Notes: a model not told the origin generated them from the letters alone. A stretch of DNA of 34,896 nucleotides from a virus (IMGVR_UViG_2548877009_000017:1-34896); one strand, 5' to 3'; positions 20,405 to 29,002 are shown, counted from the stretch's first letter. Program-made: numbers and translations.

Positions 20405-20646
20405 GTCTTACCCCCAATAAGGGGATTTGCTCTATTTAATTAGGAATAAGGTCGATTACTGATAGAACAAATCCAGGCTACTGTGTTTAGTAATCAGATT
20501 TGTTCGTGACCGATATGCACGGGCAAAACGGCAGGATGTTGTTAGCGCGACCTCCTGCCACCCGCTTTCACGAAGGTCATGTGTAGAAGGCCGCAGCGTA
20601 ACTATCACTGATGAATTCAGGATAGCCAGTGGCTACGGCTCAGTTA

Positions 20647-20722
20647 TGGTGCTGTTTAACGGACTTGAACCGCTACCCATTCGCTTACAAGGCGACCGCT
20701 CTACCATTGGAGCTAAAACAGC
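20647..20722 (-). tRNA. tRNA-Thr (anticodon UGU)
   Basis: 76 nt on minus strand folds into cloverleaf by hand: 7-bp acceptor stem, D-arm GCTC/GAGC, anticodon loop CTTGTAA, T-loop TTCAAGT, 3' ACCA encoded. Confidence 0.65.
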
Positions 20723-20727
20723 ATGTT

Positions 20728-20802
20728 TGGCGGGACAGCGTGGACTCGAACCACGATAAGAAGGTTAACAGCCTTCCGTAATCACCTTTATACGACTGAC
20801 CC
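20728..20802 (-). tRNA. tRNA-Asn (anticodon GUU)
   Basis: 75 nt on minus strand: anticodon stem GAAGG/CCTTC with loop CTGTTAA, T-arm CGTGG-TTCGAGT-CCACG, 3' GCCA encoded; acceptor and D stems each have one mismatch. Confidence 0.6.
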
Positions 20803-20865
20803 AAATAAAAAAAGCCACCGTTGCAACTTAAGAGTCACTAACGGCAGCTTACCTTCTAATTATGG

Positions 20866-21384
20866 CTAAATGGATAATTGCATGTCAAGGCTTTTAACAG
20901 CAACATGCTTAACTTTCTCAACACGTTTACGCATTTTGAAAGCATTTTGCATTGGCTGGTACAAAACAAATAACGATGCTTTCAGGATGTCGTCAATTTC
21001 GTTTCTACAGGTTGCCAGTGAAGGTTTTCTCCATCCCTCGCCACCACGTCCACACATCTTGCGTGGCTTTGCAGTCGCGTGATAGTAGGATGCAATTGCT
21101 CGCTTAGATGAACCATGAGCGTAGTAGCTGAGGAGGATGCCAAAGGCTTTCTTGTCAATGCACATGACGGAATCGACGACCTGAGAAATCAACATTCCAT
21201 CATCATCATTGCACATTGGCCTTGTCATAACTCTTCCCGGCTCTACGCTCTCCATGAACTTCGCTATTACGCTGCTCATGCGCTTTTCCAGACGACCTGA
21301 ATAAACCCATGCGCCCCACAGTTCAAGCCAGCCATTCAGCCACTCATGCTGTTCTTTGGTGAGGTTTAGTTCTCTTATGCCCAC
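20866..21384 (-). CDS. Late-gene antiterminator Q (P22 gp23 type)
   Basis: WLELWGAW and CNDDDGMLI motifs resemble P22 gp23; directly upstream of tRNAs and lysis genes; probable GTG start preceded by GGGAGAAGG. Confidence 0.75.
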   Translation of the reverse strand: MGIRELNLTKEQHEWLNGWLELWGAWVYSGRLEKRMSSVIAKFMESVEPGRVMTRPMCNDDDGMLISQVVDSVMCIDKKAFGILLSYYAHGSSKRAIASYYHATAKPRKMCGRGGEGWRKPSLATCRNEIDDILKASLFVLYQPMQNAFKMRKRVEKVKHVAVKSLDMQLSI

Positions 21385-22046
21385 GCGCCTTCTCCCTGTA
21401 CCTGAATCAATGTGAGGTTTCCGCAGAACACTGCGCCGGTATCGATATACATTTGGTTGGCAAATTTAAGTGGTTTCACTGCTGGCGTATGACCAAAGAT
21501 AAACGTGTCCGCGCCTTTAATTTCTTTCACGATCCCGTCTTGTGAGTTGCTGATTCGTTCGCGGTTCCAGATTACCTGCTGATGATCAACTGGCTTTCCA
21601 AATTCGTATTCGTCACAAGGATAATCGGCGTGGCAGATGACATATTTTTTACCTTTGCTCACCAGTTCGATGATTAACGGAAGTTCTTCTGCTTTATGGG
21701 CAAGAGCTTTAGCCAGAATTTCTTTGTCGTAATCGAGATTAAAGAACCAGACACCGCCATTAAGCAGCCAGTGATTGACGTTTCCACGCTCTGATAAGCC
21801 ATCAATCATCATGTGCTCATGGTTTCCACGTACAGCTCTGAACCAGGGGAATGTGATTAATTCCAGGCATTCAACGTTCTCTGCACCACGATCAACCAAA
21901 TCGCCCACCGAGATAAGCAGGTCTTTTTTGTTGTCGAATCCAATCGTATCCAGTTTGTTCATAAGGTTCGTGTAGCATCCGTGCAGGTCGCCAGCTACCC
22001 AAATATTTCGGTATTTGCTGCCATCAATTCTTTCGTAGATATTCAT
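21375..22046 (-). CDS. Ser/Thr protein phosphatase (lambda ORF221 / PPP family)
   Basis: Metallophosphatase motifs GDLHG, GDLVDRG, GNHE; 223 aa; in nin region. Confidence 0.85.
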   Translation of the reverse strand: MNIYERIDGSKYRNIWVAGDLHGCYTNLMNKLDTIGFDNKKDLLISVGDLVDRGAENVECLELITFPWFRAVRGNHEHMMIDGLSERGNVNHWLLNGGVWFFNLDYDKEILAKALAHKAEELPLIIELVSKGKKYVICHADYPCDEYEFGKPVDHQQVIWNRERISNSQDGIVKEIKGADTFIFGHTPAVKPLKFANQMYIDTGAVFCGNLTLIQVQGEGAWA

Positions 22047-22654
22047 GCAGCCTCACTTCTGCTGTTTCGCAGTTTTTTAAGTTTCTGTTGATACTCCGCC
22101 TTGATGGTCCTGCACTCTTCGACAGTCCAGCGATGGCGGTTATGGTTTGATTCGATTTCGTCTACTGCTTCCTGCCCGATGCGGTTAATCAGTTCGACGC
22201 GATACGGAACGAGATTTCCGCTTTTGTGCTGGTTGCACACCACGCATTGCTTGTGAATATTGCGTTCATCAAATCGGAGTTGAGGCGCCGCAGCAGTTGT
22301 CCGGTAATGCCCGGCATCCCACTGAGCAGACGTGAGCGTTCCGCACGAGATACATGGTAAGTCGCGGTCTCTTTCTCTGATGAAGGCGTTTACGGCTTGT
22401 TGGGCTTGTTTAATCCAGTAACTGCGGGGCTTTAAGGCGAGTTTTCGAATCTTAAGTTTATCTTTCTGTTTCTGATCCTCTCGTCGTCGTTTCTTCTCTG
22501 CTGCTTTTTCCGCTTTTTCGCGTTCTTTACTTCGTCGTTCGAGTGCTATCTTGGTTCCACACTCTGGAGAGCACCACCACTGATTAGCGAATGCAGGGTG
22601 AAACCATTCCCGACATTCATCGTTTTTACATCGTCTTCGCGCTGGTTTAGCCAT
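22043..22654 (-). CDS. ninG: NinG (Rap) recombination endonuclease
   Basis: 203 aa starting [33 protein letters not shown], near-identical to remembered lambda NinG. Confidence 0.9.
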   Translation of the reverse strand: MAKPARRRCKNDECREWFHPAFANQWWCSPECGTKIALERRSKEREKAEKAAEKKRRREDQKQKDKLKIRKLALKPRSYWIKQAQQAVNAFIRERDRDLPCISCGTLTSAQWDAGHYRTTAAAPQLRFDERNIHKQCVVCNQHKSGNLVPYRVELINRIGQEAVDEIESNHNRHRWTVEECRTIKAEYQQKLKKLRNSRSEAA

Positions 22655-22823
22655 CGTCTTCTTCCTCGTACATTGAGCTATTCTGATCGCTCATCAGTTC
22701 TGCGCAGCAGTGCTCACACACGTGAACTTCCAGCACATGCAGCTTCTGACCGCAGTTAGCGCACGTTAAAGCCCGCTCGACGCTTTCTTTCTGGTATTGA
22801 AGGGATTGGGATGGGCTAAGCAT
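22647..22823 (-). CDS. ninF: NinF
   Basis: 58 aa [46 protein letters not shown]..., matches lambda NinF; overlaps ninG start; missed by ORF track (under 60 aa). Confidence 0.75.
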   Translation of the reverse strand: MLSPSQSLQYQKESVERALTCANCGQKLHVLEVHVCEHCCAELMSDQNSSMYEEEDDG

Positions 22824-23188
22824 TATTGGATTCTCTGCATCATGAGAAAGACAATCATGGCGGCGCGGAGGGGATTTTCATGTATAGCTCGCTTAGATTT
22901 ACAGTAGGCCACACCGCGTGCACCCCACTCGTCTTCATCGAGATTGATAATGCTAATCCTGTATTTTTCAATAATCGGCCATGCGTCTGCTGGGTTTGCG
23001 CATGGGTTAAAGGATCCGCGCTCAACTTCTACTTCAACTGCGTCTCCGTTTACAATGTCTCCCTCAAATGAGACAAACACCATATCGCCATTCTCACCTT
23101 CTTTGTAATCCGGTGATCCGTTATGAATGGCTTCGAATACCGCCACGTTAATTTCAAAATCACTTAACTGTGAATAATCCATTGTCAT
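22823..23188 (-). CDS. Hypothetical nin-region protein (NinX position)
   Basis: Acidic 121-aa protein; start set at ATG 23188 (MTMDYSQL) overlapping ninE stop as ATGA with AGGAA upstream; ORF-track start 23224 is an upstream extension. Confidence 0.5.
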   Translation of the reverse strand: MTMDYSQLSDFEINVAVFEAIHNGSPDYKEGENGDMVFVSFEGDIVNGDAVEVEVERGSFNPCANPADAWPIIEKYRISIINLDEDEWGARGVAYCKSKRAIHENPLRAAMIVFLMMQRIQ

Positions 23189-23361
23189 TTCCTCGCACGA
23201 TGTCTTAGCCACCGGATATCCCACAGATGAGCCGTGTAGTTGAAGGTTTTTACGTCAGATTCTTTTGGGATTGGCTTGCGTTTATTTCTGGAGCGTTTCG
23301 TTGGAAGGTATTTGCAGTTTTCGCAGATTATGTCGGTGATACTTCGTCGCTGTCGCCTCAT
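23185..23361 (-). CDS. ninE: NinE
   Basis: 58 aa [58 protein letters not shown], matches lambda NinE; ATGA overlap with ninB stop; missed by ORF track. Confidence 0.75.
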   Translation of the reverse strand: MRRQRRSITDIICENCKYLPTKRSRNKRKPIPKESDVKTFNYTAHLWDIRWLRHRARK

Positions 23362-23768
23362 TCATACCTCCTGTCGGTAAATCTGACACCCTGACCAACA
23401 GCCCATGCTGTCGTGTACTCAATCAGGCTTGCCATGCGCTTCACGCTCATCTGCGCGCTGCTTTCGCGAATGTTGACGTATTCGCCTTCAAGCCCGGGCA
23501 AAACATCAGCTTCCTGTTTTGTTGCCACTGCATGACCGCTTATCAACAAAACCTTCCATTGTTCTGGTTTTAACCATTTATCGCGCCACTGAACTTGCCT
23601 AGCGATATCTGCGACCATCGCGTGAAATTTTGCGTTCTGGTCAAGGTTGCGCTTGTAGTCAGTAATGCGGATGGTGACTGGCTTGTCTTTATCGAGTGGT
23701 GTTGCGAGGATGGCGTTGATCGCGGCTTGCTGTTGTTGCTTACTTCGGAGGAAGATTGTTTGCTTCAT
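23358..23768 (-). CDS. ninB: NinB-like (Orf-family recombination mediator)
   Basis: 136 aa with [20 protein letters not shown] and WLKPEQWK pattern similar to lambda NinB. Confidence 0.65.
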   Translation of the reverse strand: MKQTIFLRSKQQQQAAINAILATPLDKDKPVTIRITDYKRNLDQNAKFHAMVADIARQVQWRDKWLKPEQWKVLLISGHAVATKQEADVLPGLEGEYVNIRESSAQMSVKRMASLIEYTTAWAVGQGVRFTDRRYE

Positions 23769-23770
23769 CG

Positions 23771-24091
23771 TTACTCCTTCACTTTGACTCCAGCAGCGCG
23801 GATGTTTTCCTCATAAGCATCCATTCCATCACCGAAGCCATTGGAATAATCAACAGTAAACCCTTTGGCTAATGCTTCTCTGCTGTCGATAAACTTTGGC
23901 GCGGTTATTTCAATAGCTGATCGCGATGCCTGCCACGTTTGCCAGTGGCCTTGAACATCGTCCATCACGTATTGACCACCAATATTACCACTGCCAATTT
24001 CATGGTGATTTTCAGGGTAACGGATAAGGTCTGAGGATTCGCCTCCACGTCGCAACCAACTTTCTTCAAACTGCTTTCTTGATTCGCCCAT
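23771..24091 (-). CDS. Hypothetical protein
   Basis: ORF in-frame with track ORF 23771..24115 whose first codon is GTG; ATG at 24091 (MGESRKQFEESW...) with GGGGA upstream chosen as start. Confidence 0.45.
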   Translation of the reverse strand: MGESRKQFEESWLRRGGESSDLIRYPENHHEIGSGNIGGQYVMDDVQGHWQTWQASRSAIEITAPKFIDSREALAKGFTVDYSNGFGDGMDAYEENIRAAGVKVKE

Positions 24092-24092
24092 A

Positions 24093-24308
24093 TCAATCCC
24101 CGTTAGTCGTTTCACTCACGAATCTGACAAAACCAGCCATGTTAATTTGCATGAGTTTTTTCAACACTTTGTCTCTTCGACTACGTTTTGGTTTTGGCCT
24201 GTGGTTGAATCTTTCACAAACTGGAAGGCTTGATGATTTCCAGTACCTATTACGCCTTGCTCCATCTTCCGCCATATCGGCATGAATAAGGTCTGCGAGT
24301 GTGCTCAT
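24093..24308 (-). CDS. Hypothetical basic protein
   Basis: 71 aa from ATG 24308 with GGAGAGG upstream; Arg/Lys-rich centre. Confidence 0.45.
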   Translation of the reverse strand: MSTLADLIHADMAEDGARRNRYWKSSSLPVCERFNHRPKPKRSRRDKVLKKLMQINMAGFVRFVSETTNGD

Positions 24309-24322
24309 ATTCACCTCTCCAG

Positions 24323-24505
24323 TTACATTGGTTTTGTAATGTTGCTAGTCATCTTGCGAATAAAAAGATGCGTAAGTAGCCTTGCTTCCCACATGTAAAT
24401 CTCCTCAAGGCGAGATAAATCTACGAATACCGGGCCTTTGTAATCTGGTCTTGATGCCCTTATATATGAGCTAATAGTTTGTGCATCTTGCTCATCCAGA
24501 TTCAT
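24323..24505 (-). CDS. Hypothetical protein
   Basis: 60 aa from ATG 24505 (MNLDEQDAQ...) preceded by GGGGAGAGGGAAG; track start at 24523 is TTG. Confidence 0.45.
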   Translation of the reverse strand: MNLDEQDAQTISSYIRASRPDYKGPVFVDLSRLEEIYMWEARLLTHLFIRKMTSNITKPM

Positions 24506-24578
24506 GACTTCCCTCTCCCCCAAATAAAAAGGCCTGCGATTACCAGCAGACCTGTTATTAGCTCAGTGATGTAGATGG

Positions 24579-25955
24579 TCATACGTCAGCCCCTTGTGCA
24601 TATCGTCTGCCACGTGCAGCGGGTGCATTTGATGTTGTGCAAATATGTCTGGCTTCATCCTGGTCACATGCAACAAAGTGTCCGTTGCAGAACCGCTGGT
24701 AAACCGTACCAAGTGAGCCAAAACGGTTTTTCGTCACGATGATTTCAGCAAATGGCGCGGCGCTACTGTTCTCGTCATATACCGCTTCCCGATAGAGCAT
24801 GATGATTGAGTCTGCGTCCTGCTCAATGCTTCCTGAATCACGCAAATCTGCGTTTGTCGGGCGTTTGTTTGGTCGCTTCTCAACATCGCGCGAAAGCTGA
24901 CTCAGGGAGATAACAGGCGTTTTCAGGTCTTTCGCCATCGCCTTCAGGCTTCCGGAGATGTGAGCAATTGCGAGGTCGTTGCGATCTGCTTTCGGCTTCT
25001 CAATCAGGCCAAGATAATCCGCCATGATGAGTGAGAGGTTTGGATTTTCCTGTTTGTGCCGCTCTGCGATTGAGCGAATTTCTTCTACCGATAACCGCGA
25101 GGCATCGACTACCCATACATCCAAATCTGCAAGCTGACTCATGCCTTTAGCAACACGTGCCCAGCCCTCGTCATCCATCGATGCAGGATTTCGCAGTACG
25201 CTAACCGACATCCTCCCGGCGTTGGCAATGCTTCGCTCTGCGATCTGCAATGCGCTCATTTCCATCGAGAAAATCAACACTCCGCGCCGGACGTCAGAAC
25301 CAGGAATAACGCGGCTTGCAACGCCTTCGGCAATCTTCAGCGCCAGCTCGGTTTTCCCCATACCCGGACGAGCAGCGATAATCACCAGGTCTTCCGAGTT
25401 CATCCCTCCGGTGATGACATCAAGTTCTTCGATTCCGGTCTTCAGGGTATCTGACTCTTCTCCGTTCCTCAGACGCCTGTCAAGCGTGTCAGTGTAGTCA
25501 GTGATGATTTCCCCTAACCGTACAGGTTTAACCTCGTCACGGGGCTTTCTGATGGCTGAAAGACGCTTTACAAGCTCATCCATCGCCTGACTCGATGCGT
25601 CGATGGTTCCGCTCTGAATTGGTTCACGCATTTCATCCATGATTTCCAGCACCAGACGGCGGTGATAGTTATCCGCGACCATTCCGGCATATCCCTTCAG
25701 GTTTGCGGCGCTCGGGCAGTTTTTGCTGGTCATCAGGATTGACGTGAAATGCTCCTCGCCGCACTCCTCGGCAACCATCAGCGCGTCGATTAAGTTTCTG
25801 TTTCGCGCCTGCTTGCGGATAACCTCGAAGGCTTTCCGGTAGAGCGGAATTGAAAACGCTTCCGGCTCAAGCGTTGCCAGAACGTCGCTGGCGGTTGGTG
25901 TTAATCCACCAATCAGCAGGCCACCGATAACGCTCGCTTCGATATCCTGTCTCAT
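24579..25955 (-). CDS. Replicative DNA helicase, DnaB family (P22 gene 12 type)
   Basis: 458 aa; Walker A ARPGMGKT, DnaB-like N- and C-terminal domains; overlaps initiator gene stop. Confidence 0.9.
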   Translation of the reverse strand: MRQDIEASVIGGLLIGGLTPTASDVLATLEPEAFSIPLYRKAFEVIRKQARNRNLIDALMVAEECGEEHFTSILMTSKNCPSAANLKGYAGMVADNYHRRLVLEIMDEMREPIQSGTIDASSQAMDELVKRLSAIRKPRDEVKPVRLGEIITDYTDTLDRRLRNGEESDTLKTGIEELDVITGGMNSEDLVIIAARPGMGKTELALKIAEGVASRVIPGSDVRRGVLIFSMEMSALQIAERSIANAGRMSVSVLRNPASMDDEGWARVAKGMSQLADLDVWVVDASRLSVEEIRSIAERHKQENPNLSLIMADYLGLIEKPKADRNDLAIAHISGSLKAMAKDLKTPVISLSQLSRDVEKRPNKRPTNADLRDSGSIEQDADSIIMLYREAVYDENSSAAPFAEIIVTKNRFGSLGTVYQRFCNGHFVACDQDEARHICTTSNAPAARGRRYAQGADV

Positions 25956-26899
25956 GCAATCCCCCTGTCTGCAAACTTCCCTTCCCGTACACCCGTTAAC
26001 GAGTCTTCTCTCAGCAGGTAATCAAAATCTGCCGTCCAGCCCGTGTCGTTGTCTCCGAAGTAAAACGGCTTGGCCTGATGCACAAACGCCCTGACATACG
26101 CTCTGAAACCGTCCACGTTTGGCGTTTTCAGTTGCGGGATGATTTTCTTCAGGCGGCGTTTGCGTTTCTCGTTGACCGCAACAGCGTGTGGAAGTCTGTC
26201 ACCGACTTCGGTGTTGTAGGCGTTCAGGAAGGATTCGTAGTCGATTCGTTCTGCCTTGCGACGTTCAGGTTTAACCTGCCCATCGCCTCCCCCATTGGGG
26301 GGTAGGGGGGTATTATTTATATTCTTGTTAATACCTTCTTGTTCATGATGTGCGGTTGTTTGTGCGGCTTCATGTGCGCTTTCATGTGCGGCATGTACGC
26401 TGAAAGCCGCGCTATTGCTGGCTTCATCATGTGCGGCATCATGTGCGGTTGTTTGTGCGGCTTCATGTGCGGGTAAATTGTCCATTTTTTGAGCATATTC
26501 ATGGTAATTTGTGATGGTTATCACACGGCCTTTTTGCTTCTCTCCATCAATGGAGATCATCCCCTCTTTCACAAAAACCTGAAGCATCCGCTCAACCTGA
26601 TCACGGCTTGCTGGCTTGCCATGTCTGTCGCATAACTGAAGACCTAAATCAGCTGCTGTCACAACCAGTTGACCGGGTTGCAGATGCCATTCATGACCTT
26701 TGAAATTCGCTTTGTATGGCTTTCTGGCGGCATTCAGGAGAAGGTTTTCCCACAGGGTGCGAAGATAAACATCTTTCGCCCATGACTGTTTCAGAATGCT
26801 CCGGTACAACGGAATGTAACCAGTTTTCTGGTTCTCCATCCTGTTGCTCCTGCGCTCGTGTGCGGCGCTGAAATCGTAGATTTTTGCTGTATTGCTCAT
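25952..26899 (-). CDS. Replication initiator, lambda O / P22 gp18-like, carrying the origin internally
   Basis: N-terminus [10 protein letters not shown] resembles lambda O MTNTAKILNF; central His/Ala-rich repeat segment encoded by iterons; 315 aa. Confidence 0.8.
   Translation of the reverse strand: MSNTAKIYDFSAAHERRSNRMENQKTGYIPLYRSILKQSWAKDVYLRTLWENLLLNAARKPYKANFKGHEWHLQPGQLVVTAADLGLQLCDRHGKPASRDQVERMLQVFVKEGMISIDGEKQKGRVITITNYHEYAQKMDNLPAHEAAQTTAHDAAHDEASNSAAFSVHAAHESAHEAAQTTAHHEQEGINKNINNTPLPPNGGGDGQVKPERRKAERIDYESFLNAYNTEVGDRLPHAVAVNEKRKRRLKKIIPQLKTPNVDGFRAYVRAFVHQAKPFYFGDNDTGWTADFDYLLREDSLTGVREGKFADRGIA
26343..26475. repeat. Origin iterons: two clusters of four to five 12-bp direct repeats (core TGTGCGG) inside the initiator gene, adjacent to an AT-rich tract
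   Basis: TGTGCGG/TGTGCGC at 26349, 26361, 26373, 26385 and 26430, 26442, 26454, 26466 (12-bp phase); identical 31-mer atgtgcggttgtttgtgcggcttcatgtgcg at 26348-26378 and 26441-26471; AT-rich tattatttatattcttgttaata at about 26310-26335. Confidence 0.7.
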
Positions 26900-26901
26900 A
26901 A

Positions 26902-27174
26902 CTACCTGCCTTGACGAAAGACCTTAAGAACATCGTTAAACTGACTTACGGATATGTCTTCTTTGAGAAGCTTTTCCAGAAATGCGTTTGGAATGAACGT
27001 ATATCCCTCCTCTTTTGGTAGAGACGGGAGCAACGCCCTCGCCTCAGCCTTCAGAAGCTCAGTTCTGGCAACTTTCACAAAAGAGATTTGAGTTCTTTCA
27101 TCAATGGAACGAAGGAAGCGCAAACGCTTAGCTTCTTTGTGTGTATCAGGTGGATTAAAGCCTTTGTTTCGCAT
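26902..27174 (-). CDS. Hypothetical protein between cII and the initiator gene
   Basis: 90-aa ORF from ATG 27174 preceded by GAGGTAA; lambda has no gene at this position. Confidence 0.5.
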   Translation of the reverse strand: MRNKGFNPPDTHKEAKRLRFLRSIDERTQISFVKVARTELLKAEARALLPSLPKEEGYTFIPNAFLEKLLKEDISVSQFNDVLKVFRQGR

Positions 27175-27181
27175 ATAATTA

Positions 27182-27259
27182 CCTCGTTGGATGTTGTTAA
27201 AATTCCATTTGTATTTGATCAGAACGCTCGGTTGCCGCCGGGCGTTTTTTATTGGTGAG
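27182..27259 (+). ncRNA. oop: oop antisense RNA overlapping the 3' end of cII
   Basis: 3' portion ...tttgatcagaacgctcggttgccgccgggcgttttttatt matches remembered lambda oop RNA including its terminator hairpin and U-run; antisense to cII stop region; 5' end approximate. Confidence 0.6.
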
Positions 27260-27490
27260 AATCGAAGCAACTTGTCGTGCCAATCGAGCCATGTCGTCGT
27301 CGACAACACCCCATTCAAGAACAGCAAGCAGCATTGAGAACTTTGGAATCCAGTCCCTCTTCCACCTGCTGATCTGCGACTTATCAACGCCCACAGCTTC
27401 CGCTGTCTTCTCAGTTCCAAGCATTGCGATTTTGTTAAGCAACGCACTCTCGATTCTTAGAGCCTCGTTGCGTTTGTTTGCACGAACCAT
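27197..27490 (-). CDS. cII: Transcriptional activator CII
   Basis: 97 aa MVRANKRNEALRIESALLNKIAMLGTEKTAEAVGVDKSQISRWKRDW..., essentially identical to lambda CII. Confidence 0.95.
   Translation of the reverse strand: MVRANKRNEALRIESALLNKIAMLGTEKTAEAVGVDKSQISRWKRDWIPKFSMLLAVLEWGVVDDDMARLARQVASILTNKKRPAATERSDQIQMEF
27464..27481 (+). promoter_or_regulatory. pRE-type CII-activated promoter element (TTGC-N6-TTGC)
   Basis: TTGCGTTTGTTTGC at 27468-27481 on plus strand overlapping the cII 5' coding end, oriented toward cI, as in lambda pRE. Confidence 0.6.
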
Positions 27491-27548
27491 ATGTAAGTAT
27501 TTCCTTAACTAATAAGAAGTTATGCGCATCAACTTATGCGCGTTGTAT

Positions 27549-27592
27549 TCCCGCATTTCGGCGGGAATGATGACCATGACTGTTAAAGAGCG
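27549..27592 (-). promoter_or_regulatory. Candidate nutR (boxA plus boxB hairpin) between cro and cII
   Basis: On minus strand CGCTCTTTAA (boxA-like, 27584-27592) followed by hairpin CCCGC-cgaaat-GCGGG (27550-27565). Confidence 0.5.
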
Positions 27593-27598
27593 GTGTTA

Positions 27599-27793
27599 CT
27601 ATTTGTTTTTCTTGTTGCTTGGGAAAGGACGAACTTCCTCTCCAATCACACTGCCATCAGGCTTTACCGTAACCATAATGTTACGACCTGCCAGAATGGC
27701 CTTGCTGATAGCGCACTGGATTACACCAAAGTCACTGGCTGCTTTAGCCTGTCCATGGATTTTGGCGTAATCGGCAAGTGTCATTCGAATCAT
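27599..27793 (-). CDS. cro: Cro repressor (lambda Cro fold family)
   Basis: [62 protein letters not shown] parallels lambda Cro; ATG 27793 preceded by GGAGAG. Confidence 0.8.
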   Translation of the reverse strand: MIRMTLADYAKIHGQAKAASDFGVIQCAISKAILAGRNIMVTVKPDGSVIGEEVRPFPSNKKNK

Positions 27794-27822
27794 ATGCACT
27801 CTCCGTTATTAACCATGAACAA

Positions 27823-27851
27823 AGAATACTACAGGTATTCAAAGCAATCAA
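27823..27851 (-). promoter_or_regulatory. Candidate pR promoter
   Basis: Minus strand TTGATT (-35) - 17 nt - TATTCT (-10), overlapping the two OR palindromes, about 30 nt upstream of cro. Confidence 0.45.
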
Positions 27852-27865
27852 TACTCAGGGTATTT
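27824..27865. promoter_or_regulatory. Two candidate OR operator palindromes (AATAC-N5-GTATT type)
   Basis: GAATACtacagGTATTC (27824-27840) and CAATACtcaggGTATTT (27849-27865) in the cro-cI divergent intergenic region. Confidence 0.5.
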
Positions 27866-27899
27866 TTAGTTTAAGTACCTTAGCTATTAGAATTAAGCT

Positions 27900-28616
27900 A
27901 TGGAAAATAAAAAATCACTGACGACAGAACAGCTGGAAGACGCTAAGCGGCTTAAGGCTTTGTATGAGTCAAAAAAGAAAGAATTGGGAATAACCCAATA
28001 CTCAATCGCTGATGAACTGGGTATCACCCAAGGAGCGGTAGGGCATTATCTTAATGGCAGAAACGCGCTAAACGTTGAGGTTGCATCTGGTTTTGCACGA
28101 TTGTTGCAAGTCTCAATTGCTGATTTTAGCCAGTCAATTGCTGCCAAGGTTGCAGAACAGGCAGAAAGCCTTAAGAGCGATGCCAACGTAAGGTATGCAG
28201 GGGAATACAGAGCAGGAAAGAGGTATCCGGTGTTAAGCAGTATCCAGGCTGGCTCGTGGTGTGAAGCATGCGAACCATACACCATTAAAGACATAGATGT
28301 TTGGCTTGAGTCTGACGCGCATATTCAAGGTAATGCGTTCTGGCTTAAAGTGGAAGGTGATTCAATGACGGCACCGGTTGGGTTAAGCATTCCAGAGGGA
28401 ACATTCGTTCTTTTCGATACCGGAAGGGAGGCGATCAACGGCAGCTTGGTCATAGCAAAACTTTCTGACTCTAACGAAGCAACATTCAAGAAGCTGATAA
28501 TCGACGGCGGAAATAAATACCTCAAGGGACTTAACCCTGCATGGCCTCTCGTGCCAATCAATGGAAACTGCAAGATTATAGGCGTTGCAATTGAGACAAA
28601 ACTAAGGCTGGTTTGA
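27900..28616 (+). CDS. cI: CI repressor, lambda cI family (HTH N-domain plus LexA/S24-like autocleavage domain)
   Basis: MENKKSLTTEQLEDAKRLKALYESKKKELGITQ parallels lambda CI; C-terminal GDSM and KKL catalytic motifs; recognition-helix region differs from lambda; no SD upstream and TAGAAT -10 about 7 nt before the ATG suggests a leaderless pRM transcript. Confidence 0.9.
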   Translation: MENKKSLTTEQLEDAKRLKALYESKKKELGITQYSIADELGITQGAVGHYLNGRNALNVEVASGFARLLQVSIADFSQSIAAKVAEQAESLKSDANVRYAGEYRAGKRYPVLSSIQAGSWCEACEPYTIKDIDVWLESDAHIQGNAFWLKVEGDSMTAPVGLSIPEGTFVLFDTGREAINGSLVIAKLSDSNEATFKKLIIDGGNKYLKGLNPAWPLVPINGNCKIIGVAIETKLRLV

Positions 28617-28633
28617 TCACGCAAGGGGCGCTT

Positions 28634-29002
28634 ATGGTTGGAACCGCTATAGCAAGCTTTTTTGGGATGTTGGCAATCTCGACAATTTACGGCTTAGCGC
28701 ATGCTTTTATTGCGAAATCTCTATCAGAAAAAATAAGCCAGGCTTGGGCGCATAGATCAGCTCGTTTCATGATTCTAGTGATCATAGCAATACAAGGGAT
28801 ATCTGCATTTATCCTCTATGGTTCAAGCTTATACCTGTTGTATAAAGGCGCGACATTTACGCCTTACACCAGTGATTACGGAACTCTATACGATGGTAGT
28901 GAAGACATCTATATGGCTTGGATCGTTTTTGGTTTATCTATGGCCGTGTCTGTTGTAGCAGACATCATTAAGGTAATTCTCGTCTTAACCTTCGCTGACT
29001 AA
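28634..29002 (+). CDS. Small integral membrane protein of unknown function, co-oriented with and immediately downstream of cI
   Basis: 122-aa ORF from ATG 28634 preceded by AAGGGG; three to four predicted TM segments; occupies the position of lambda rexAB. Confidence 0.55.
   Translation: MVGTAIASFFGMLAISTIYGLAHAFIAKSLSEKISQAWAHRSARFMILVIIAIQGISAFILYGSSLYLLYKGATFTPYTSDYGTLYDGSEDIYMAWIVFGLSMAVSVVADIIKVILVLTFAD

Noticed and set aside
20560-20646. Possible third tRNA or attachment-site tRNA fragment between tRNA-Thr and S
   Set aside because: No cloverleaf could be folded; only a short palindrome TAGCCAcTGGCTA (about 20625-20637) and a hairpin ggcagga...tcctgcc followed by a T-run on the minus strand (about 20527-20555), which looks more like a tR'-type terminator
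26343-26475. Short direct repeats that could be mistaken for a CRISPR array
   Set aside because: The period is only 12 bp with no unique spacers, and the repeats lie inside the initiator coding sequence next to an AT-rich tract; this is iteron/origin architecture, not CRISPR
26317-26502. 61-aa ORF on minus strand ([22 protein letters not shown]...)
   Set aside because: Alternative frame across the iteron repeats inside the initiator gene; its repetitive His/Pro/Lys composition is a by-product of the DNA repeats
26902-27447. 181-aa track ORF overlapping cII
   Set aside because: Only the 3' part downstream of the cII stop (26902-27174, ATG plus RBS) is plausible; the 5' extension is an alternative frame over cII
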